Shown here one piece after another: positions 39,084 to 53,201 of a stretch of 64,000 nt of DNA (position 1 is its first letter; each line of letters opens with the position of its first letter). The position numbers and the translations under genes were made by a program. The DNA comes from an uncultured Pelagibacteraceae bacterium. Its GTDB lineage: Bacteria; Pseudomonadota; Alphaproteobacteria; Pelagibacterales; Pelagibacteraceae. The stretch lies in NCBI GenBank assembly GCA_902594255.1, contig CACJLN010000004.1:13145-77144 (forward strand), written 5' to 3'. The notes under the pieces were generated by a model. That model worked only from the letters and a program-made list of their open reading frames with translations, made no database searches and was not told where the DNA came from.

Positions 39084-40016
39084 TTATTTAAATAAATCGG
39101 ATACTGAAGTAGAATTTGATATTCTTTTAATTGCTTCACCCATGAGGCTTGAAATTGGTAAAACTTCTATATTTTTAACATTTTTAGTTTTTTGACTGTT
39201 ATCAATTGTGTCGGTAATTACCAAGTTTTTTATAACTGAATTTTTGATTTTCTTAACAGCGTCTCCACTAAGAACTCCATGTGTAATGTAAACATAAACT
39301 TCTTTTGCTCCTCGTTGCTTTAAAGCCTTAGCAGCATTGACAATAGTACCACCAGAATCAATTATATCGTCAACTATTACGCATGTTTGATTTTTTACAT
39401 CTCCGATAACATTCATCACTTGCGATTGGCCAGGTTTTGGTCTCCTTTTATCAACAATTGCCAATCCAACATTAAGAAGTTTGCCAAGAGCTCTCGCTCT
39501 TTCGGTACCACCTACATCAGGTGCTACACAAATAATCTTTTTACTTTTAATTCTTTTTCTAACATGTCTTGCAAATATTGGTGTTGAAAAAAGATTATCT
39601 ACAGGTATATCAAAAAAACCCTGAATTTGACCAGCATGCAGATCAACTGTTACAACTCTATCTGCACCTGCTTTTGTAATTAAATTTGAAACCAATTTAG
39701 CTGATATAGAAGTTCTTGGGATAACCTTTCTATCCTGTCTTGCATACCCAAAATATGGAATTACAGCTGTAATGTTTTTTGCTGAAGATCTCTTAAGGGC
39801 GTCTATACACAACAATAATTCCATTAAGTTATCATTTGCTGGAGATGATATAGACTGAACAATAAAAATACTATTACCTCTAATATTTTCATTTATTTCG
39901 ATGTATATTTCACCATCTGCAAATTTTCTAATACTTGAGTTCACAAGTTTAGTCTTCAAATACTTTGCGATATTTTTACTGAGTATTTTATTGCTATTTC
40001 CGGTTAACAGTTTCAT
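39084..40016 (-). CDS. prs: Ribose-phosphate pyrophosphokinase
   Basis: FADGE, PYFGYARQDR, DLHAGQIQGFF, VDDIIDSGGT. Confidence 0.98.
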   Translation of the reverse strand: MKLLTGNSNKILSKNIAKYLKTKLVNSSIRKFADGEIYIEINENIRGNSIFIVQSISSPANDNLMELLLCIDALKRSSAKNITAVIPYFGYARQDRKVIPRTSISAKLVSNLITKAGADRVVTVDLHAGQIQGFFDIPVDNLFSTPIFARHVRKRIKSKKIICVAPDVGGTERARALGKLLNVGLAIVDKRRPKPGQSQVMNVIGDVKNQTCVIVDDIIDSGGTIVNAAKALKQRGAKEVYVYITHGVLSGDAVKKIKNSVIKNLVITDTIDNSQKTKNVKNIEVLPISSLMGEAIKRISNSTSVSDLFK

Positions 40017-40024
40017 TGAAAAGT

Positions 40025-40786
40025 TTAATTAATCATAATTATTGAAATATTTCTACCATAATCAGCATGTTTTAATCTTAATGATCTTCGTGCGCTAAAA
40101 AAATTATTTTTATCATCAAAAGTATCAATTTTAATGGCTTCAATATTTGAAATTTTGTTTGATTTAAGTCGGGATTTAATAAAATTAGGTAGATTAAAAT
40201 GAAGACTATTTTTTATATCTTTAAAGAAGACTTTATTTTTTTTATCTTTTTTTAAGAACTTTTTTAGAAAATCAACTTTTACGTTATAGCTTTCAACTTG
40301 AATACACGGACCAATTGTTGCAATGATATTTTTTTCTTTGCACCCTTTATTTAACATAAACTTGATTACTTTAGTAATTATGTCTTTGTAGGCACCTTTC
40401 CATCCAGCATGAATTGCAGCTATCATGATCTTTTTTTTGTCATATAACAGTATTGGCGCACAATCTGCCGTTAATATTGCTATGGGTATTTTTTTTTGAT
40501 CAGTAATAACAGCATCAGCTTGAATTTTTTTTTTGCTAAATTTAAAATTTTTATTTATATAAAAGATTTTGTTACTATGCATTTGATGCATTAAAAAAAT
40601 ATTTTTAGATTTTTTGTTAATTCTATTTTTAACAATTTTCAAATTTTCTTTAATCTTTGATTTAAAATCATTAGATCCAGGTCCGCAATTTAAGCTTTTA
40701 TAAATTCCACTTGACTTACCTCCTATTCTATTAAAGAAGCCATGTTTAATCTTTTTTTGTTTTGATAATATTTTAGATTTAATCAA
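40025..40786 (-). CDS. pgeF: PgeF/YfiH family (peptidoglycan editing factor / purine nucleoside phosphorylase-like)
   Basis: QMHS, TADCAPIL, IHAGWKG, GPCI, FFSARR. Confidence 0.93.
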   Translation of the reverse strand: MIKSKILSKQKKIKHGFFNRIGGKSSGIYKSLNCGPGSNDFKSKIKENLKIVKNRINKKSKNIFLMHQMHSNKIFYINKNFKFSKKKIQADAVITDQKKIPIAILTADCAPILLYDKKKIMIAAIHAGWKGAYKDIITKVIKFMLNKGCKEKNIIATIGPCIQVESYNVKVDFLKKFLKKDKKNKVFFKDIKNSLHFNLPNFIKSRLKSNKISNIEAIKIDTFDDKNNFFSARRSLRLKHADYGRNISIIMIN

Positions 40787-40788
40787 TT

Positions 40789-41835
40789 TTAAAAACCAAG
40801 GTTGAATTTAATTTTTTTACTCTTAATAAACATTACTTTGAATAAAGTGCCCATTTGTTTTTCATCAATAAGTCTATTTAATCTATAAAAGATATCAGCT
40901 TTTTTTGAAAAGTTTTTATTTCTAGATAATATCTCTGCTCTTTCTTTTATTCCCATTTTAATCAAAAAGTTTTTTTGAGTGTTCAAATTGTTATCTAATC
41001 CACCTAATTTTTGAGTAAATTTTTTAAATAATTCAAAATTTATATTGTGTGTAATATCTGCTCCTCCAATATTGTCTAAAATATTGGCAAATTTGTGATT
41101 AGAAACTGCTTGTAAAGTATTTTTCATTTTTTTTTCAAGATACCCGTAATCTATTATTAACAATCCCCCAGTATTTTTTTTGATTATATCTGAAATATTT
41201 TTTAAATAATCAAAACCAAATTCAGAATATTCGATAAAGTTCTGATTTTGTGAAATCTTAAAATTAAGTCTTTTCTCAATCTTTTTTATATTAGTTTTTT
41301 TCTCAATAAATGATGCTTTAGAGTAATTTTCAAAATTAACAAATTTTTCGTACCAAATATTTCTCTGTTTTCTGAATTGCTTTATTGGCATTGCATCAAA
41401 AAATTCATTTGCAATAAATATACTTGGATTTTTTTTAATCTTATTTAATTGAGAAACCCAAATAATTTTAGATTTTGATAATTTTTCTTTTTGTATCCTT
41501 ATCAAGATTGGGCTCTTTTCATGGATAATGATATTACAAGACTCTAGAAAAGACGGAAAATTTTGAAAACTTTCTAGAAGCACTTTCATCATCTCACCAT
41601 TTCCTGCGCCTAGTTCAATCAAATTAAAATTTCTAGGACTCCCAAGGTTTTTCCAAAAACTAATAATCCAAATAGCTATCATTTCTGAAAAAAGTCTTGA
41701 AATATTTGGCGCTGTAATAAAATCACCCTTTTTACCAAAAGGATTCTTTTTCATATAGTAACCAATTTTTTTATTATATAGAGATAAATCAATAAATTTA
41801 TCTAAAGGGATTTCACCACTCTTTTTTATTTTCAT
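40789..41835 (-). CDS. SAM-dependent methyltransferase, MidA/NDUFAF7 family
   Basis: GYY...GDFITAP, ELGAGNG, ANEFFDAMP, IDYG, ADITH, MGTLFKV. Confidence 0.93.
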   Translation of the reverse strand: MKIKKSGEIPLDKFIDLSLYNKKIGYYMKKNPFGKKGDFITAPNISRLFSEMIAIWIISFWKNLGSPRNFNLIELGAGNGEMMKVLLESFQNFPSFLESCNIIIHEKSPILIRIQKEKLSKSKIIWVSQLNKIKKNPSIFIANEFFDAMPIKQFRKQRNIWYEKFVNFENYSKASFIEKKTNIKKIEKRLNFKISQNQNFIEYSEFGFDYLKNISDIIKKNTGGLLIIDYGYLEKKMKNTLQAVSNHKFANILDNIGGADITHNINFELFKKFTQKLGGLDNNLNTQKNFLIKMGIKERAEILSRNKNFSKKADIFYRLNRLIDEKQMGTLFKVMFIKSKKIKFNLGF

Positions 41836-42595
41836 ATTTTTGAATAACTAAATATGATCCAAATAATAAAAACACAAAACTTATAATTTGTCCCATAGTG
41901 AGATTGAATAATAAATAACCTAATTGGTCATCTGGTACTCTAAAAAATTCTATTACAAATCTAAAAATTGAGTAAAAAACTAGAAACAGTCCAGAGATAA
42001 AACCTGGCCTTTTATTAATTATTTTATTATGAAAATAGATCAAAATTAAAAAAAGAATCAGACCCTCAAAAAGTGCTTCATATAACTGTGATGGATGTCT
42101 ATACAAATTATCAACTTTAATAAATTTTACACCCCAGGGTAGACTCGTTTGAGTTCCATATAATTCAGAGTTTATAAAATTTGAAATTCTTCCAAAAAAA
42201 ATTCCAATTGGAGCAACTAACGAGATAACATCTAAATAATTAAAAACTTTATGTTTGTTTTTATTTGCAAACCAAACACTTATAATTATTATTCCTATAA
42301 CCCCACCATGAAAAGACATCCCACCTTGCCAGATTTTGAAAATATTTATAGGGTTTTCGATATAATAATCTAAATTATAAAATATTACATACCCCAATCT
42401 TCCACCTATAATAATACCAAAAATAAGATAAGTAACGTAATCATCAAATTTTATTTTAATTTCCTGGTTGTTAATAAAAAATTTTTTAGCTAAGACCCAT
42501 CCCGCTAGTATTCCAAAAATATAAGCTAGTGAGTACCATCTTATTTCTAATGAAAAAAAATTTATTGCTACTGGGTCAAAATTATTAATGAACAT
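41813..42595 (-). CDS. lgt: Prolipoprotein diacylglyceryl transferase
   Basis: IRWYS, GGRLGY, GGMSFHGG, GRISNFINSELYG, HPSQLYE, MGQ. Confidence 0.97.
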   Translation of the reverse strand: MFINNFDPVAINFFSLEIRWYSLAYIFGILAGWVLAKKFFINNQEIKIKFDDYVTYLIFGIIIGGRLGYVIFYNLDYYIENPINIFKIWQGGMSFHGGVIGIIIISVWFANKNKHKVFNYLDVISLVAPIGIFFGRISNFINSELYGTQTSLPWGVKFIKVDNLYRHPSQLYEALFEGLILFLILIYFHNKIINKRPGFISGLFLVFYSIFRFVIEFFRVPDDQLGYLLFNLTMGQIISFVFLLFGSYLVIQKYENKKEW

Positions 42596-42639
42596 TTTGA
42601 TAAATAATTATAAGTTATATCAGATATTGAGATAAAAAT

Positions 42640-42891
42640 ATGAAAAATTCAAAATTTGTTTTCGATAAATTGTCTAAAATATTTGAACAAGGCCTTATTA
42701 CATCAAAAGATCTAGGATCAGAAATTTTAAGCATTTTAAAATCTAAAAGAGATGAAATAGTTTTTAGAATGAAACTTACAAGTAAAGAAGAATTTGAAGT
42801 TTTATCAAAAAGAGTAGAAAATATTGAAAAAAAAATTTCATCACTACAAAAAACAAATAATAAAAAAACTAAGCGGGCAAGAAAATCTTAA
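42640..42891 (+). CDS. UbiK (accessory factor) family protein
   Basis: Short helical protein with LTSKEEFEVL and C-terminal coiled coil; divergent from lgt as in alphaproteobacteria. Confidence 0.65.
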   Translation: MKNSKFVFDKLSKIFEQGLITSKDLGSEILSILKSKRDEIVFRMKLTSKEEFEVLSKRVENIEKKISSLQKTNNKKTKRARKS

Positions 42892-44188
42892 CACCAAGTC
42901 CATTCATTGATGATTTGTCAAGTTTAATGTATCCCCCATGAGATCTAATAATATCTGAGGCAATTGATAATCCTAAACCAACACTAGATTTAGTTTCACC
43001 TCTACCTTTGTCAATTTTATAAAACGGTTTAAAAACATTCTCATATTCTTCCTTTGGAATACCTGGTCCATTATCTTCGATAAGAATAAATATATTTTTT
43101 CCATTTTTGTTCAACTGAACATTAAGTTTTTTCCCGTACTTAAGACCGTTATCAATAATATTATTAAAGCTTCTTTTTAATAAATTTTTTCTTCCATTTA
43201 TCAAAATATTTTGAGCGAGATCTCTAGTAATATATGTATTTTCATATCTTTCTATTGTCTCATTTAACAATTTTGAGAGATCAAATATTTCATTTTTTTC
43301 TGATTGAGATGAGCTGGTGAATTGTAAATACTCATTGAGCATTTTTTCCATTTCACTTATGTCTTCGTTTAATTTTGAGGAAATCTCTTTGTCTTTGACA
43401 AAAGAAAGTTGCAATTTCATTCTGGTTAAAGGTGTGCGTAAATCATGACTAATTCCAGATAACATCTCAGATCTTTGATTTAAATGTCTAAGTATTCTTT
43501 TTCTCATTTTATCAAATTCATAACCTGCCTGTCTGATTTCAAGTGAACCTGATGGTCTATAATCATCAACCTCTTCACCTCTACCAAATTTTTCTGCTGC
43601 TTTTGCTAAATTAGTTATTGGTCGAGTTTGGTTTTTTAAAAATAATATTGCAACAAGAATTAAAAAAATTGCAGGAACGGATATCCATAAAGCAAATAAT
43701 CTTGCTGAAGAGGCAGTAACCCTATCTCTTGGAACTAAAAATTCAAAATATCCTTTTTTATATTTAATTCTAATGTTTATTAATTCCAAATAATCAGTAG
43801 TGCTGAACCAAAATTTATTGATACCAATACTAGACTTTAGTTCTCTTCTTAAGGATCTATCTATAGGGCTAAACCATCTTTCTTTTAACTTGAAATTGAA
43901 TTCTTTGTCTTGAATGTATTTTATATTTAAATCTAAATGAATTGAAAATAAATCAATGATATAATCTTTGTCATTATTCTCATTATCAAATGCAACAATA
44001 AAAGTATCAATTTCCCCAACCAAGGCCCTTGTCATTCCTTTGTTAGTTTTTATCCAAAGGCTATCAAAAAAAACAATTGTAACTAAAAGTTGAAGTAAAA
44101 TAACTGGAATTGCAACAATCAGTAACGCTCTATAAAATAATCTTTTTGGTAATAAATTTTTTACAAATTTATTCAATCCATAAAACAT
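42869..44188 (-). CDS. EnvZ-like sensor histidine kinase
   Basis: Two TMs, HAMP, ISHDLRTPLTR H-box, NIIDNGLKY, DNGPGI, GLGL; ATG 44188 preferred as start. Confidence 0.93.
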   Translation of the reverse strand: MFYGLNKFVKNLLPKRLFYRALLIVAIPVILLQLLVTIVFFDSLWIKTNKGMTRALVGEIDTFIVAFDNENNDKDYIIDLFSIHLDLNIKYIQDKEFNFKLKERWFSPIDRSLRRELKSSIGINKFWFSTTDYLELINIRIKYKKGYFEFLVPRDRVTASSARLFALWISVPAIFLILVAILFLKNQTRPITNLAKAAEKFGRGEEVDDYRPSGSLEIRQAGYEFDKMRKRILRHLNQRSEMLSGISHDLRTPLTRMKLQLSFVKDKEISSKLNEDISEMEKMLNEYLQFTSSSQSEKNEIFDLSKLLNETIERYENTYITRDLAQNILINGRKNLLKRSFNNIIDNGLKYGKKLNVQLNKNGKNIFILIEDNGPGIPKEEYENVFKPFYKIDKGRGETKSSVGLGLSIASDIIRSHGGYIKLDKSSMNGLGVKIFLPA

Positions 44189-44846
44189 AACCACTACCTC
44201 TTAAAGTTTGTAAAAATTTTGGATTTTTTGGATCTATTTCAATTTTTTTTCTCAAACGAGTTATAATTACATCCACAGATCTCTCTTTATCTAAATTTAT
44301 AAGTTTACCTATATCAACCCTAGAAAATGTTTTACCAGGATTGTTTATCATTTTTTCTAAAATTATTTTTTCTGTAACATTAATTTTAAATTCTTCCTTG
44401 TTTTTAAGAATTATTAATTTATTTAAATCAATTTCAATATTTGAGAAATGAACTACTTTTTTTAAATTTTTATCTTTAGTTTTTTTTAGAATATTTTTGA
44501 TACGAAGCAAAAGTTCTCTAGGTTCAAATGGTTTTGGCAAATAGTCATCTGCACCTATTTCTAACCCCTCAACTCTCTCGTCTGCAGTACCCTTTGCAGT
44601 TAGTAATATTATAGGTGTCAAAATTTTATCCATATTATCTTTAATAAATTGAAGACCACTTTTACCCGGCATCATTATGTCTAAAATAATCATATCAAAA
44701 TTGATTATTTCAATTTTTTCAGTTGCATCCTCAGCATTTTTTGCGGTTGTGACTAAAAAATTATTTTCATTTAAATATTTTTTCACTAAGGATCTTATAC
44801 CCTCGTCATCATCTACTACTAATATATGTGCAACAAATTTATCCAT
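44169..44846 (-). CDS. OmpR family response regulator (PetR-like)
   Basis: VVDDD, LDIMMPG, GADDYLPKPF, RSVDVIITRLRKKIE. Confidence 0.95.
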   Translation of the reverse strand: MDKFVAHILVVDDDEGIRSLVKKYLNENNFLVTTAKNAEDATEKIEIINFDMIILDIMMPGKSGLQFIKDNMDKILTPIILLTAKGTADERVEGLEIGADDYLPKPFEPRELLLRIKNILKKTKDKNLKKVVHFSNIEIDLNKLIILKNKEEFKINVTEKIILEKMINNPGKTFSRVDIGKLINLDKERSVDVIITRLRKKIEIDPKNPKFLQTLRGSGYVLWIE

Positions 44847-45276
44847 TTATAATTTTTTTTAGAACCTTATCAAAGTTTACGACCTCATCGGAACTTGAGT
44901 TTAATAAAGCGTTATAGATCCTTTTTTTTTGTGTTTCGAAAATTTCAAGAAAAATTTTTTCTCCTTTTTCATTGAGATATACATGTTTTATCCTTGTGTC
45001 TTGTTCATCTTTTTCGAATTTGATAATATCCAGCTTTGTTAAATCTTTTAAAACTCTATTTAAACTTTGTTTTGTTATCTTTAATTTTTTTAAAAGTTCA
45101 GAAATTGAGATACCCTCGTATGTCGAAATAAGGTGGATTACTTTGTGATGAGCAGTGCCTATTGAATATTTATTTAGAATTTTTTTTGGGTCGGTGAAAG
45201 TGTCTCTATAAACTATAAAAAGTTTTTCAATTAAATCTTTTAATTGCTCATCTTTAAGATAAAGTAAATCTTTCAT
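44839..45276 (-). CDS. MarR family regulator (PetP-like)
   Basis: GTAHHKVIH, LKITKQSLNRVL wHTH, DTRIK; marR-ompR-envZ divergent from ilvE. Confidence 0.9.
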   Translation of the reverse strand: MKDLLYLKDEQLKDLIEKLFIVYRDTFTDPKKILNKYSIGTAHHKVIHLISTYEGISISELLKKLKITKQSLNRVLKDLTKLDIIKFEKDEQDTRIKHVYLNEKGEKIFLEIFETQKKRIYNALLNSSSDEVVNFDKVLKKIING

Positions 45277-45291
45277 AATAGGTAAGTTATA

Positions 45292-45320
45292 TTGACATAT
45301 TCAGTATACAAAGATATTTT
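45292..45320 (+). promoter_or_regulatory. Candidate sigma70 promoter of ilvE
   Basis: TTGACA (45292-97), 17-bp spacer, TATTTT (45315-20). Confidence 0.55.
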
Positions 45321-45348
45321 TTTGAATAATTAAAAAAAAATTTTCGAC

Positions 45349-46230
45349 ATGATACCTTACGATAAAAGAAATGGTAAAATTTGGTACAACAATGACTTTG
45401 TGGATTGGTCAGACGTTAAAGTTCACGTATTAAGTCATGGTTTACACTATGCAAGCTGTGTATTTGAAGGCGAAAGAGTTTACGATGGTTCAATATTTAA
45501 ACTAGAGGAACATACTTCAAGATTTTTTTACTCAGCTAAAAGAATGGGTTTTGAGATTCCTTACACTGAGAGAGAAATTAATGAAGCTTCAAAAAAGATT
45601 ATAACTGTTCAGAATGTAGAAAATGGTTACGTTAGACCTGTTGCATGGCGAGGAAGTGAAATGATGGCTATATCTGCTCAGCAGACAAAGATTCATGTCG
45701 CTATTGCAACATGGGAATGGGGTTCTTACTTTGATCCAAAATTGAAAATCGAGGGCATAAAATTAAACATTTCAAATTGGCGAAGGCCTGCTCCTAATAC
45801 AATTCCTTGGGACACGAAAGCATCTGGTCTTTATATGATTTGCACTTTGTCAAAACATGAAGCAGAAAAAGAGGGTTACTCCGACTCTTTGATGTTAGAC
45901 CATGAGGGAAATATTGCTGAAGCAACAGGTGCTAATGTTTTTTTTAAAGACAAAAAAGGAGAATTGCATACGCCAATACCTGACTCATTTTTAGATGGTA
46001 TTACCCGTAGAACAGTAATTGGGATAGCAAAATCAAAGAATATAAAAGTTCATGAAAGAAAAATAAGTCCTTCAGAGTTAAAAGATTTTGCTGGTTGCTT
46101 TTTAACAGGCACTGCTGCTGAAGTTACACCAGTTTCTTGTATCGCAAATAATCTATTCAAAGTTTGTGAAATGATTATAGATTTAAACGAGAGCTATCAG
46201 CTGGTTGTTAGAAAAAAAAAGGCAGCTTAA
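45349..46230 (+). CDS. ilvE: Branched-chain amino acid aminotransferase
   Basis: HGLHYASCVFEG, YVRP, KASGLY, EATGAN, LDGITR, TGTAAEVTPV. Confidence 0.95.
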   Translation: MIPYDKRNGKIWYNNDFVDWSDVKVHVLSHGLHYASCVFEGERVYDGSIFKLEEHTSRFFYSAKRMGFEIPYTEREINEASKKIITVQNVENGYVRPVAWRGSEMMAISAQQTKIHVAIATWEWGSYFDPKLKIEGIKLNISNWRRPAPNTIPWDTKASGLYMICTLSKHEAEKEGYSDSLMLDHEGNIAEATGANVFFKDKKGELHTPIPDSFLDGITRRTVIGIAKSKNIKVHERKISPSELKDFAGCFLTGTAAEVTPVSCIANNLFKVCEMIIDLNESYQLVVRKKKAA

Positions 46231-46811
46231 TCCTTATTATCTTCAGAAATAGCATGGTCGATACCTTTTCGCATGTAGTCATAACCAGTAAAAAGTGTTA
46301 ATACTGCAGAAAGCCATAAAAGAATGATACCAATGGTCTGGGCATTATAATCTTGAAAATTAATTATTTTGTTTCCAGTTTCACCTGAAAGCAAAAGTGC
46401 AATAGAAACCATTTGCAAAACGGTTTTCAATTTAGCTAGACTGGAGACTGGAAGTTTAATTTCCCCTTTAGCCAAGAACTCTCTAAGACCAGAAATCAGA
46501 ATTTCTCGTGTAAGAATTATTATTGCAGCAATTACCTCATAATTTCGAATAGTGCCATCCATCACTAACAAAATAAGAGCAGCTGCAACAATAATTTTGT
46601 CAGCTATTGGATCTAGTAATTCTCCAAGTTTGGACTCTTCACCAAGAAATCTTGCTAGCATGCCATCTAAAAAGTCTGTGAAAGAGGCAACAATAAATAA
46701 TATTAACGCAGTAAGGTCTCCATAAAAACCAGGAAGATAAAAAGCTAAAACAAAAAATGGCACAATTAAAATTCTGCCCACAGTTAATATATTTGGTATC
46801 TTTCTAAGCAT
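46227..46811 (-). CDS. pgsA: CDP-diacylglycerol--glycerol-3-phosphate 3-phosphatidyltransferase
   Basis: PNILT..R, TDFLDG..AR, GELLDPIADK, REILISGLRE. Confidence 0.96.
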   Translation of the reverse strand: MLRKIPNILTVGRILIVPFFVLAFYLPGFYGDLTALILFIVASFTDFLDGMLARFLGEESKLGELLDPIADKIIVAAALILLVMDGTIRNYEVIAAIIILTREILISGLREFLAKGEIKLPVSSLAKLKTVLQMVSIALLLSGETGNKIINFQDYNAQTIGIILLWLSAVLTLFTGYDYMRKGIDHAISEDNKD

Positions 46812-46819
46812 ATTTATTT

Positions 46820-48655
46820 TTACTCATGGAAAAAATTATATATCTTTTTAGCAACTTTTACCTCTACGCCCTCAACTGATTTTATTTCATCAAGACTTGC
46901 AGATTCTACTGCTCTAGCAGAGCCAAAGTGGTTTAATAAAGCTCTTTTTCTAATAGAACCGATACCTTCGATCTGATCTAACAGTGATTTACTTAATCCT
47001 TTTTTTCTTTTAGCTCTATGAGCACTGATCGCAAACCGATGAGACTCATCCCTTACTCTCTGAAGAAAAAATAGAGTAGGGTCATTTTTGGCAAATTTAA
47101 ACTCTTTACCATTATGAAAAAAGGTTTCGTTACCACTGTTTCTAAGTTTCCCTTTTGCAATTGCAACTATTGGCAAGTCATGAAGGCCTAGTTCATTTAG
47201 AGTTTCTCTTGCAACTGAATACTGGCCTTTTCCACCATCAATCAGAACTAGATCGGGAAAAGTTAGGTAGTTGTCTTTCTCTTGTATAGTTCTTTTAAAT
47301 CTTCGATTTAGCACTTCCCGCATCATACCATAGTCATCTTGTTCATTCTTTTGGATCTTAATGTTAAATTTTCTATATCTTTTTTTAATAAATCCTTCAT
47401 CTCCATAAGCGATTAACGCACCAACACTATTAGTTCCTTGGATATGACTATTATCATAAACCTCTATCAAATTAATATTAGTTTCTAAATTAAATTTATT
47501 TGCTACTGCATCAAATAATTCTCTATTATTTTGGCTTTCGTAAAGTTTTCTAGTTAGGCTATCTTTTGCATTTTTAATTGCCTGATTAACTACTTTTAAT
47601 TTTGATCCTTTTTTTGCAATGGATATATCGATTTGTTTGTCTTCCTTTTGAGATAGAGTTTTTTCAATTAAAATTTTTTCTTTGATTTCTTCAGATAATA
47701 TTATTGATGAAGGAACACTTTTATTTTCATAAAATTGAGAAACAAAAGAATTTAATATGTCACTTAATTTTTCGTCAGGATCATGCTTTGGAAAAAAAGC
47801 TTGATTCCCCCAATTTTGTTTTGATCTATAAAAAAAAACCTGAATGCAAGTTCTACCAGACTCTTTATAGCCAGCGATTACATCAGCTTCAATTAAATTT
47901 GCCTCATTAATTCTTTGCGATGATTGAATAATATTTAAAGATTTTATTCTATCTCTTAAAATTACTGCTTTTTCAAAATCTAAATCCTCACTGGCCTTTT
48001 CCATTTGATTTGAGAGATTTTTCTGTATTTTTCTTGATTTACCAGAAACAAATTCGATAGCATCATCCACAGTTTTTTTATATTCATCATCATTTATGTA
48101 TCCGACACAAGGTCCAGAGCATCTTTTAATCTGATAAAGGATACAAGGACGTTGTCTGTTTTTAAAGACAGTATCATCACAAACTCTCAAGTGGAAAATT
48201 TTCTGAATCATTTTTATTGTCCAATTAGCTGAGCCTGCTGATGCAAAAGGTCCAAAATAAAAACCTTCTTTTATTTTTTTTCCCCTATGTTTTTTTATTT
48301 GTGGCCATTTATCTTTATTACCAATAAAAATAAAAGGAAAAGACTTATCATCCCTTAAAAGAATATTAAATTTTGGTTTATGTTTTTTGATTAAATTCGC
48401 TTCAAGAAGTAAAGCCTCACTTTCATTTGATGTAGTTGTTATCTCAAGCTTTCTTGTTTGAGATAACATTCTTTCAGTTCTTATAATATGATTTTTTTCA
48501 GCTACATAACTTTTAAGTCTGTTAGGCAAATTTTTTGCTTTACCCACATAGAGAATATCACCTTTATCATTCAACATTCTGTATACACCAGGAAGCTTAG
48601 GAATTAGAGACAGTTCTTTTTTTATTACTTCTTTGCCAATTTCAGAACTTATCAT
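46820..48655 (-). CDS. uvrC: Excinuclease ABC subunit C
   Basis: [12 protein letters not shown] (GIY-YIG), Cys-rich region, [20 protein letters not shown], HhH; ATG 48655 preferred as start. Confidence 0.97.
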   Translation of the reverse strand: MISSEIGKEVIKKELSLIPKLPGVYRMLNDKGDILYVGKAKNLPNRLKSYVAEKNHIIRTERMLSQTRKLEITTTSNESEALLLEANLIKKHKPKFNILLRDDKSFPFIFIGNKDKWPQIKKHRGKKIKEGFYFGPFASAGSANWTIKMIQKIFHLRVCDDTVFKNRQRPCILYQIKRCSGPCVGYINDDEYKKTVDDAIEFVSGKSRKIQKNLSNQMEKASEDLDFEKAVILRDRIKSLNIIQSSQRINEANLIEADVIAGYKESGRTCIQVFFYRSKQNWGNQAFFPKHDPDEKLSDILNSFVSQFYENKSVPSSIILSEEIKEKILIEKTLSQKEDKQIDISIAKKGSKLKVVNQAIKNAKDSLTRKLYESQNNRELFDAVANKFNLETNINLIEVYDNSHIQGTNSVGALIAYGDEGFIKKRYRKFNIKIQKNEQDDYGMMREVLNRRFKRTIQEKDNYLTFPDLVLIDGGKGQYSVARETLNELGLHDLPIVAIAKGKLRNSGNETFFHNGKEFKFAKNDPTLFFLQRVRDESHRFAISAHRAKRKKGLSKSLLDQIEGIGSIRKRALLNHFGSARAVESASLDEIKSVEGVEVKVAKKIYNFFHE

Positions 48656-49067
48656 GACTTCGTTTTTTTGTAATTTGGATACCAACAGATGAACACTGTT
48701 TCACAATTTCTAATTTTTCAATTTTAAGCATTATTTTACCTATTCTTTTATCTTTGAAAAGTTCATCAAAAACGGCCTCGGCCAAAGTTTCTAAGAAATT
48801 ATAATGTTTCTTCTTAATTAGTTTTTTAATTAATTTTACAATTGTTGCATAATTTACAATTGATCTAAGGTCTTTATCGTCTGAGGGTTTTTTGTTTTGA
48901 TAATCAATTTCCAAACTAAATTTTATTTTTTGTGCTTTCTCTTTCTCAAAATCATAATAGCCAAGCTTTAAATCTAAAATAAGCTCACTAATTAAAATTT
49001 TTTTTTCGTAGTTGAATAAGCTTTTGTTTTTATCTATTTTAACTATTTTAAGATTATTTTTTTTCAT
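48642..49067 (-). CDS. folB: Dihydroneopterin aldolase
   Basis: [31 protein letters not shown]. Confidence 0.85.
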   Translation of the reverse strand: MKKNNLKIVKIDKNKSLFNYEKKILISELILDLKLGYYDFEKEKAQKIKFSLEIDYQNKKPSDDKDLRSIVNYATIVKLIKKLIKKKHYNFLETLAEAVFDELFKDKRIGKIMLKIEKLEIVKQCSSVGIQITKKRSHDKF

Positions 49068-49800
49068 TCCTTTCCTTTAATTATATCAGGTGTCTGCCAA
49101 TTTAAGCTTTGACCACTATCTATTGCTAAAACTTGTCCTGTAATAGAACTGTTTTTAATAAAAAAGTCAACTGCATTACAAATCTCATTAACATCAACTT
49201 GCTGTTTTAGTGGTGTAGATAAATATTGATTTTTAAAATGTTTTTCCGATTGTCTTTTGTTTTTAATTGTTGGTCCAGGGGCTATTCCATTAACTCTTAT
49301 GTTTGGTGACAAACTCATCGCGCTTGTTTTGGTTAAGGTATAAAGGCCTGTTTTACTTAATGTGTACGAGAAGAAATATGGGGAAAGCTTAAATACTCTT
49401 TGATCAATTATATTGATAATACTGTTATTTTTACCCCTAATATTCTTTGAAAACTCTTTTGATAAAAGAGCAGGGGCTTTAAGATTTGTAGAAATATGTT
49501 TTTCCCAACTCTTAGAGTTAAAATTTTCTAATTTGTCATTTTCAAATATTGAAGCATTGTTTACTAAGCAGTCAAAAAATTTCAATTTTGATTTTGAAAA
49601 TTTAACAACTTTAATGATATCTTTTTCCTTACTAAGATCTCCTTTAACTAAATAAATTCTTGTTCCATAATTTTGAAGTTTTTTTTTTAGATTTTCAGCT
49701 TTTGACTTAGATTTATTGTATTGAATTACAATTTGCTTATTTGGACCTGATAATTTTTCAGCTATTGCAGCACCAATTCTTGTTGCTCCACCAGTAATAA

Positions 49801-49819
<19 letters not shown>
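49064..49819 (-). CDS. SDR oxidoreductase, pteridine reductase/FolM-like
   Basis: [25 protein letters not shown]; adjacent to folB. Confidence 0.85.

Positions 49820-53201
<3,382 letters not shown>

Noticed and set aside
39084-46230. lgt-NDUFAF7-pgeF-prs and marR-ompR-envZ/ilvE clusters as novel systems
   Set aside because: Familiar alphaproteobacterial synteny with no unusual deviation seen
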